From Hormiphora californensis (taxonomy: Eukaryota; Animalia; Ctenophora): DNA of 64,000 nt. The position numbers and the translations under genes are program-made. The notes beneath the pieces were generated by a model. The model searched no databases. It had not been told where the DNA came from and worked only from the letters and a program-made list of their open reading frames with translations. The DNA is taken from assembly GCA_020137815.1 (NCBI GenBank), contig CM035360.1:4216001-4280000 (forward strand), in the 5' to 3' direction. Of this stretch, positions 25,501 to 35,500 are shown in pieces. How positions within the stretch are numbered: the first letter of the stretch is position 1; every line of letters begins with the position of its first letter.

Positions 25501-28500
25501 AATTCGTTGGGGGAGATTTAATATTATTTACTTGTTACAATAGTTATGGAGAGATAAGAATTTGGGTCAATGTTTTAGATGAGTAGGAATAGCGAGTAGC
25601 CGCATACAAGTGATTGTGTGACGTGCCGAGAGGAGAAGCTGCCACGTCAGCCTTGACTGGCGTGGACCGCGTGATTTGAGAAAGAGGTGACCAGGGAGCG
25701 AGATATGAGAGGAGAGAGTTCTGTTTTAGGGGATTAGAATCTGTTGCTCGGGAGATGGTGGGAAACCATTTCTCTCATATATATATATATTGGCTTTGCC
25801 CGAGTTTTGTGAGTCTCGTAGCATTTACACCACAATGCGCACCAGTGGTGCGCATTGTGGTGCGGCACCACATATTTCATGAAAACGTGTCAAAGAAGTG
25901 GTTTATGAAGGAGCATGAGCAGTTGCATAGCAGGTAGCGGTGGACATTTAATTATCCTTCTACCGAAAAAAAACATAAATTTAGTCCAAAACCAATTAAA
26001 TAAATTAGTTTCGATGCCCGAGCCAACAATTTAATATTCCATTATCTATGACAGTAGCTTAAAGGTATTATACCCGTATAGTAACACCACATGGGCCCAA
26101 ACTAATATATTTACTTTTGTTTTTTTGGACTAAACTTTGACATATTTGGATGTAATTGGAAGTAACTACATGTAATTAAAATGTAATTAAAATGTAATTA
26201 AAATGTAATTAAAGGCTCTAAATGACCCCAAGTGCCTAGTTAAACAAACTTTGGCGTATTAGGATTACCTGAGACTAGCGGGTGACCAAATTTAAGCCGG
26301 TTTCGGGTCGAATGACGTAAATACTCAACGTTTTGGTCGAGAAATATCCAGTAACATTATATACGCGATAGGACTGGGTACACGATAGGACTGGGTACAC
26401 GATAGATACAGTTTCTGGAGTACAGTAATCCTAATTGCAGTGAGTCAGGTGGTTGCGACTTTTACTTCAAGCACTTTGAAATCACCGTCGAAGGAAACAT
26501 CGATACGACAATAAATAGAATAGATCTCCCAATTAATACCAACGTTGTGGATTTGACTACTGTTTTGGCGTGTAAAAGAAACGTTTTTTTCCCAATGAGA
26601 GCAACAGTTAGTACGAGCTGGGAAGTTTGGGAAAATGATGGGTCGGTGCTCGGGGGTGATAAAATCCAAGACATCAACATTTATATCCCTCTCTCAAACT
26701 ACACAGCCTCCCCGGTTTGGCAGACTAGAAAATATTCTGGGACAACAGAAGAAGGAAACACAGCTGTTCTGTCGTACAAATTCCGGATCTTTTGTTATGG
26801 AAACTTTCAAGGGAAGGGATGTGATGATTGTGCTGACAACTACTATCCTACTGGAAACTGCTCTGTACACTGCATCCCACCTTCTGGAATGTTGACCTGT
26901 ACTGACCAGGGACAGTTAGTCTGTGAAGATCACGTCATAGGAGATACCTGTGACACCTGTGAAACAGGGTGGGACATTGGGACCAACTGTACGACTTGTG
27001 CTGACAACTACTATCCTGCTGGAGACTGCTCTGTACACTGCATCCCACCTTCTGGAATGATGACCTGTACTGACCAGGGACAGTTAGTCTGTGAAGATCA
27101 CGTCATAGGAGATACCTGTGACACCTGTGATATTGGCTGGGATATTGGGACCAACTGTAGCTCCTGTTCTCCACATTTCTATCCAGCTGGGAATTGTTCG
27201 GTAAAGTGTGTCTCTGTCCCAACCATGTCAACTTGTGACAGCCAGGGGAATCTGATATGTGAAGATCACGTAACAGGGACCAACTGCACGAGCTGTGAGG
27301 AGGATTGGACAGGCGAGAAATGTGACTCTTGTGCAGATAACTTCTATCCAGCCGGGGATTGCACTGTTCATTGCCTGTCTGATGATAACTTTGCGTGCAC
27401 TACTCAGGGAGTTCGGCTGTGTAAAATAGGAAGTACTGCAGAGGAATGTGTTTCTCAAAACAACAACTTGGTCTGGAAGGCTATCCTGGGTGGTATGATA
27501 TCTGGTCTCACTGTGGTTCTACTCGCCGGATTGGTTGGGATAATCGTGATGACTATTAAAAGGAGGAGGAATACTACCGCTGAACCGATTGTTCATCAAG
27601 GCCCAACAACCCAGCAGGAACATGATTATGTGGAGATGAACGACTTCACAAACAAGCCCATAACATCTGAACCCGGGGTATAATGACTGAGGAGATTAGA
27701 CTTTCACCATAATTGGTTTTGAACTGTGAAACGGCTTTAATATACGTGATGATCGCAAAAGGCGTACCCTCGTCCTTGTTTCGTTTTGGCAATATGTAAT
27801 TCTTGTTGATTAAGAAAATTTAATGATCTTCCGAAAAAACTTTTCCTAAAATTTCAAAAATTCATAGTCAATTGTTCGTATAATTTATGTTTAAGAATAT
27901 AATGTGCATTATTTCTCTTCTCCCGAAAAAAGTTTTTACTGTCAAAAATGACTAACAACTGAAATGAATCCATGGGTTGTTTTGCATTGAATTCTTTGGT
28001 CTAGAAACTATCGGATAGAATCATTTTTAGAACTTTTTTCTGGATGTCACCCTAAAAACCACCCTGTCGACAGAGGCCCCACCCCACATTTTCTCCCTCT
28101 CCCTACCCAAGGTGCCCCTGTCCCTAGCACCCCAAACCCTCTCCTTACCCAAGGTGCCCCTGTCCCTAGTGCCCCCAACCCTCTCCTTGCCTTGTCCTCC
28201 CTTTTATAGAATTAAAAAAAGGGTTTGAACAAAACAATCCTCTCCACCCCGCCCCATACAGCCAACTCCACAGATTCTCACTCTACTTACCTAAGCTACC
28301 CTTGTCCCCAGTGCCCCCAACCCTCTACTTACCTAAGCTACCCTTGTTGAACTTCATGTGGTAGAGGTACTCACTCTACTTACCTAAGCTACCCTTGTTG
28401 AACTTCATGTGGTAGAGGTACTCACTCTACTTACCTAAGCTACCCCTGTCCCCAGTGCCCCAACCCTCTACTTACCTAAGCTACCCTTGTTGAACTTCAT

Positions 28501-31500
28501 GTGGTAGAGTTCCTCACTCTACTTACCTAAGCTACCCTTGTTGAACTTCATGTGGTAGAGGTACTCACTCTACTTACCTAAGCTACCCTTGTTGAACTTC
28601 ATGTGGTAGAGGTACTCACTCTACTTACCTAAGCTACATTGGGACCAACTGTACGACTTGTGCTGACGACTATTATCCAGCTAGAGACTGCTCTCTACAC
28701 TGCATCCCTACTCCCGAAATGTCAACCTGTAATGACCAGGGACAGTTAGTCTGCGTTCCCAATAGAAAAGGTTTGAATTGCGATATTTGTGTAGATAACT
28801 TCTATCCAGCCGGAAATTGTTCAGTAAAGTGTGTCTCTGTCCCAAACATGTCAACTTGTGACAGCCAGGGTACTCTGGTTTGTGAGCCCCATGTCACAGG
28901 GACCAACTGTGACAAATGCCTAACAGGATGGGACATTGGGACCAACTGCACGAGCTGTGAGGAGGATTGGACAGGCGAGATATGCGACTCATGTGCAGAT
29001 AACTACTATCCAGCCGAGAATTGCACTGTCCACTGCCTGTCTGATGATAACTTTGCGTGCACTGCTCAGGGAGTTCGGCTGTGTATAATAGGAAGTACTG
29101 CAGAGGAATGTGTTTCCCACAACAAGGCTATCCTGGGTGGTATGATATCTGGTCTCACTGTGGTTCTACTCGCCGGATTGGTTGGGATAATCGTGATGAC
29201 TATGAAAAGGAGGAGGAATACTGCCGCTGAACCGATTGTTCATCAAGGCCCAACAACCCAGAAGGAACATGATTATGTGGAGATGGATGACGTCACAAAC
29301 AAGCCCATCTAGCACCTGAACCCGGGGTATTCATGACTGGAGAGATTAGACTTTCACCATAATTGGTTTTGAACTGTGAGACGGCTTTAATATACGTGAT
29401 GATCGCAAAAGGCGTACCCTCGTCCTTGTTTCGTTTTGGCAATAATTCTTGTTGATTAAGAAAATTTAATGATCTTCCGAAAAAAATTTTCCTAAAATTT
29501 CAAAAAGTCATAGTCAATTGTTCGTATAATTTATGTTTAAGAATATAATGTGCATTTAATATTTCTCTGTCAACAAGAATAAATACATTATGTTTCATAA
29601 TGCTATGTTTCCCTGCCAACCTTTCATTTCTAACACGAAGGCGGGACAGACATTTCGGATCATTTATAAATCAACCAAACAGTATAGAACAAATCCTTGT
29701 GTTTTAGTAACACTAAATTGTGTGCCACATTGCGGAATTGCGCGGCACACAATTCCTGAAAACGTGTCAATGAAGTGGTTTATGAAGGAGCAGGTTGTTG
29801 TTGTGTGTGCGGCTCTAGTTGCTACATGTCGCCCCTCGCAACCTGAAACGGGACAAGAGAGCTGACTTGCTACACATAGTCACTATATCCGTGAAGGCCC
29901 CGATTTAGTGGCCCCCGATTTAGTGGCACCCCCGATTTTGTGGCACCCCCAAAAATTTTTTGTGAAATTTTTTGTGAAATTTTTTGAAAATTTTTCAAAG
30001 AAACACCAGCCATGTCCGAATCGTTTTTCGAATCAGTGAATCTTATCGCATGTCCTGCTGCTAATAAGGAACCATAATAAAGTTCAAGAGCCTCCAAGAG
30101 CGCACCCCATCCAAGAGAGACCAAAATCAAGAGCGCACCACAATCAAGAGAGACCAAAATCAAGAGCACACCACAATCAAGAGAGACCAAAATCAAGAGC
30201 ACACCACAATCAAGAGAGACCGAATCAAGAGCACACCACAATCAAGAGAGACCAAATCAAGAGCGCACCACAATCAAGAGAGCTCCCTATCCAGAAGATA
30301 CCAGATGTGGTGCGCTCTTGAATTTGGCCTCTCTTGATTGTGGTGCGCTCTTGATTTGGTCTCTCTTGATTGTGGTGTGCTCTTGATTTTGGTCTCTCTT
30401 GATTGTGGTGTGCTCTTGATTTTGGTCTCTCTTGATTGTGGTGCGCTCTTGATTTTGGTCTCTCTTGGATTGGGTGCGCTCTTGGAGGCTCTTGAACTTT
30501 ATTACGGTTCCTTATTAGACGGTTCGGAACGAACCGATACGTGATCCCCATGGGGCCATTGAATCACAAGTTCACCAAGCGTCTAAATTTCGATTCGATG
30601 GGGATCACGTTTCGATTCGTCCCGAACCGTCTAATTAGTAGCAGGACATGCGATAAGATGCACCGATTCGAAACAGGATTCGGACGTGGCTGGTATACCT
30701 TTAAAAATTTTTTTTGCAAAATTTTATAGTAAGATTGCCAATGCTTTGATCGGTGCTCCCCATAAATTTTGAGAGAAAAAGTTATTTTGAAATTTTGATA
30801 CTTCCTCACCTGCTTAGGGTGCCCTAATTCGGCATGGTATCACGTATCGGTTCGTTTCGAACCCGCTAATTAGACAGGATATCCAGTAAGCTGCACCGAT
30901 TCGAAACACAAATTGGACGGGCCGGTATAACTTTTTTTTGGGGGGGGGGGGGGTGGCGGCCAACATCGGCCTGAATATAAATACGTGTAGACACTTAACA
31001 ATGATAAAAACTGTAATAAATTAAATATAAAATGAGTCTATTGCCCCACTTGATATAGCTGCTCGTCCCTGCTGCCCTCGCCCCTCAATCTACCCCGATG
31101 CCCCCTGATGGAAACAGTTATTGATCGCACCATGGCGAAAGATAGTCTGAGTCGAAGATAACGGATGCATTGGTCGTAGGTGTATCCCGTTTTCTTAGCT
31201 TTCTTATCGGCTAGCTGTTTCAGTGTATTTTTGAATTCCCGACCGAGACCCCCCGTCGTGGACATTACCAGAGGTGTAAATGAAGATTTTTCCACTTCAA
31301 TGACCCGATGAAGGTAGCCAGTCTTTTTCTCCCTCTCATGTTTTTCATACACTTTAGAGATTGCCTGGTTAGAGTTGGATGCCACCCTAGGATTAAATAC
31401 CCTCACATCAAAATAGGTGTTATCCATGCTAGACCAGAAATCACGTGTACTGATATCTAGGCGAGCTCCATCCGCCGTAATAGTTCCCTCTGGGAGACTC

Positions 31501-32493
31501 ATTCCTCGTACATTTAGCAGATGGGGTTCAAATTTCGTGTCATGACACACATTACTGAACTCACTTGCAATAAAGTCTCTCACGTTGTTGTGGCGAAAGC
31601 ATACAAAACCGCCGATCTTACATGAGATTGAGTGATCGATACTATTTTCCTCTCCACACACGCAGTTGGTAGGCAGTGCTTCTCCTGTCAGCGTCAGGTT
31701 GTATCGTGCAGACAGAGCATCATGCCACTCTTGTCTGTTCAGGGTAAAGTTTAATGCTTGGAGGGGAAGACAAGTAAGCCAAGAAGATGCACCTTTCTCA
31801 GACAGGAGATCAAGGTTCCTGCTTTCGGCGCTAGTCATTTTGCTTCGAATCTCCTCAATTTTCTGATGATGAATGTCATTTTTGGTACGGCGAATAATTG
31901 ATGATTTCTCAGTTTGTTGGTTTTTGTCAACCTGAAATGTTTCGTGTTGGCCAAGAACCGCTGCAGACAAGTCTTCTGTGATGAACTTAGAAAAGCTGTA
32001 CTCCGAATCCGCCGGTATAACTTAGAAAATTTTCACAATTTTTTGAAAAAATTATTTTATAGTTTTCTATTTCTAATCAGAAATGATCATGTCAACAATA
32101 CATGAACATTGCATATAACAGTTAGAGGTGTCTTTAGTTTTAGTATAGCATTTTGGGCATAAAATAGGTTTTTATTGGCCAAATATGGCTCACCTCGATT
32201 TAGTGGCACCCCGATTTAGTGGCAGGATTTTTTCCCCCCGAGGATGCCACTAAATCGGGGTCCGACTGTATTTGCATGTAGTTGGAAGTAATTGTACATG
32301 TAATTAAAATGTAATTAAAGTGTATTTACATGTAATTAAAGGCTCTAAATGACCCCAAATGACAAGTTAAACAAACTTTGACGTATTTGAATGTCCTGAG
32401 ACTATACTAGCAGGTGACCAAATTTAAGCAGGTTTCGGGTCGGATTCATCATGATGTTAATGCTCCACGTTTTGGTCGAGACATTATATCCAG

Positions 32494-32557
<64 letters not shown>

Positions 32558-35500
32558 GGGGCCTGGCAAGGCCCCCCGACCCGAATATAACCCAAACTCA
32601 ACCCATCCCCCCTAAAACATCCCCCCTAAAACTAAAACAACGGGGCCGAGCCGACAGGCCCTTAATACCAGATGAAAAAAAACCATAACCATTCGGGGCC
32701 TGGCAAGGCCCCCCGACCCGAATATAACCCAAACTCAACCCATCCCCACTAAAACATCCCCCCTAAAACTAAAACAACGGGGCCGAGCCGACAGGCCCTT
32801 AATACCAAATGAAAAAAAAACCATAACCATAACCATAAACCATAAACCATAAAACCATAGATATTTTTAGAGTGAAAGTTTTGAAGCCCCCTGAAGTAGT
32901 AGAGAGGTGTTCTATGGCTCGTTGGAAAGGTCTCGAGGTCCCGCGACGTATAGGGGGTGTGGCGATGGGTGTGCCCAAACCCATAAGGGGTAGGACGCGA
33001 AAAACAGTCAAAATAAGGGGTATACAGAACTTGGCAATTAGAAGGAGTAGAAAGGTGTTCTAGGGTGCGTTCGAAAGCTCTCGAGGTGCTGAAGTAATTG
33101 GAATGTAATTGGAAGTAATTACATGTAATTAAAATGTAATTACATGTAATTAAAGGGTAATTACATGTAATTAAAAGGTCTAAATGACCCCAAATGACAA
33201 TTCAGACATATTTTGACATATTTGGAGGCCCTGAGACCAGCGGGTGGCAAAATTCAATCCGGTTTCGGGTCGGCTGACGTAAAAACTCCGCGTTTTGGTC
33301 GAGGTAACCATAAAACCATAACCATAGATATTTTTAGAGTGAAAGTTTTGAAGCCCCCTGAAGTAGTAGAGAGGTGTTCTATGGCTCGTTGGAAAGGTCT
33401 CGAGGTCCCGCGACGTATAGGGGGTGTGGCGATGGCCAAACCCAAACCTATAAGGGGTAGGACGCGAAAAACAGTCAAAATAAGGGGTATACAGAACTCG
33501 GCAATTAGAAGGAGTAGAAAGGTGTTCTAGGGTGCGTTCGAAAGCTCTCGAGGTACTGAAGTAATTGGAATGTAATTGGAAGTAATTACATGTAATTAAA
33601 ATGTAATTACATGTAATTAAAGGGTAATTACATGTAATTAAAAGGTCTAAATGACCCCAAATGACACTTCAGACATATTTTGACATATTTGGAGGCCCTG
33701 AGACCAGCGGGTGGCCAAATTTAATCCGGTTTCGGGTCGGCTGACGTAAAAACTCCGCGTTTTGGTCGAGGTATATATATATATATATATATATATAATA
33801 GCGATAGGACTGAATCATTCAGTCTGAATGCCATTCATTCATATTGAAAAGTGGGCCGGGAAACCTTGTGTGACGTGTCTGTCATTCACTGAATGACACA
33901 CAGGTCACACGAGCCGGGTGCCCGGCTCACTTTTCAATATGCGTCTACTCATTTTGTTATTTCTCTTGCTCCTTCAGGTAATTGAGATAGTTTTTTAATT
34001 TAAATTAATGACATTTTACTTTGTATTAATTAGTATAATTTTCCCGTTCCAAAAATCATTTCTCTCTCTCCAGGTCCAGAACCTTGAAGCACGTGGGACA
34101 TTTGAGATACAGTTTCTGGAGTATAGTAATCCTGATTACAGTGAGTCAGGTGATTTTTACTTTTACTTCAAAGACTTTCAATTCGGCTTCAATGGAATCT
34201 ATGATTGGGGTGCAAATTATATAGATCTCCCAATTAATACCAACGTTGTGGATTTGACTGGAATTGATTGGGCGTGGATAAACCATGTTGGTTTCCCAAT
34301 GAGAGCAACAGTTGGTACGAGCTGGGACGTTTACGTTTACGTTTGGGAAAATGATGGGTCGATGGTCAGGGATGATAAAATTCAAGACATCAACATTTCC
34401 ATCCCTCTCTCAAACTACACAGCCTCTTCAGTTTGGCAGACTAGAAAATATTCTGGGACAACAGAAGAAGGAAACACAGCTGTTCTGTCGCTTAAATTCC
34501 GTATATCAAGTTGTGATTCGCACTTTGAAGGAAAGGGATGTGATGATTGTAAGGAAAAGTGGGAAGGAAGCATTTGTGATATTTGCAGAGGAAACTGGAA
34601 GGAACCTGATTGTGATACTGGCTGTGATACTGGCTGGGATATTGGGACCAACTGTACGACTTGTGCTGACAACTACTATCCTGCTGGAGACTGCTCTGTA
34701 CACTGCATCGCGGATCCTGGAATAACGACCTGTGATGACAAGGGACAACCGGTCTGCGTTCCCAATAGAAAAGGTTTGCAATGCTACTTTTGTGCAGATA
34801 ACTTCTATCCAGCCGGGGATTGCACTGTTCACTGCCTGTCTGATGATAACTTTGAGTGCACTGCTCAGGGAGTTCGGCTGTGTACAATAGGAAGTACTGC
34901 AGAGGAATGTGTTTCCCAAAACAACAACCTGGTCGGGGAGGCTATCCTAGGTGGTATGATATCTGGTCTCACTGTGGTTCTACTCGCCGGATTGGTTAGG
35001 ATAATCGTGGTTACTATTAAAAGGAGGAGGAATACTGCCGCTGAACCGATTGTTCATCAAGGCCCAACAACCCAGCAGGAACATGATTATGTGGAGATGG
35101 ATGACGTCACAGACAAGCCCATCTAACATCTGAACCCGGGGTATAATGACTGGAGAGATTAGACTTTCACCATAATTGGTTCTGAACTGTGAAACGGCTT
35201 TAATAATTAATATACGTGATGATCGCAAAAGGCGTACCCTCGTCCTTGTTTCGTTTTGGCAATAATTCTTGTTGATTAAGAAAATTTAGTGATCTTCCGA
35301 AAATTTTTTTCCTAAAATTTCAAAAAGTCATAGTCAATTGTTCGTATAATTTATGTTTAAGAATATAATGTGCATTATTTCTCTTCTCCCGAAAAAAAGT
35401 TTTGACTGTCAAAAACAAATTTGACTGTCAAAAATGACTAACAACTGAAATGAATCCATGGGTTGTTTTGCATTGAATTCTTTGGTCTAGAAACTATCGG

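Larger units (their letters stand above)
29896..32268. mobile_element. Tc1/pogo-type MITE carrying two nested insertions
   Basis: Colinear with the intact copy at 40649-41499 once 30066-30513 and 30934-32010 are removed; right TIR ...GGGGTCCGACTG|TA. Confidence 0.85.

Noticed and set aside
22048-33530. Recurrent 60-105 aa ORFs MKVLKPPEVVERCS/MTVFRVLPL
   Set aside because: Chance frames within a repeated non-autonomous element.
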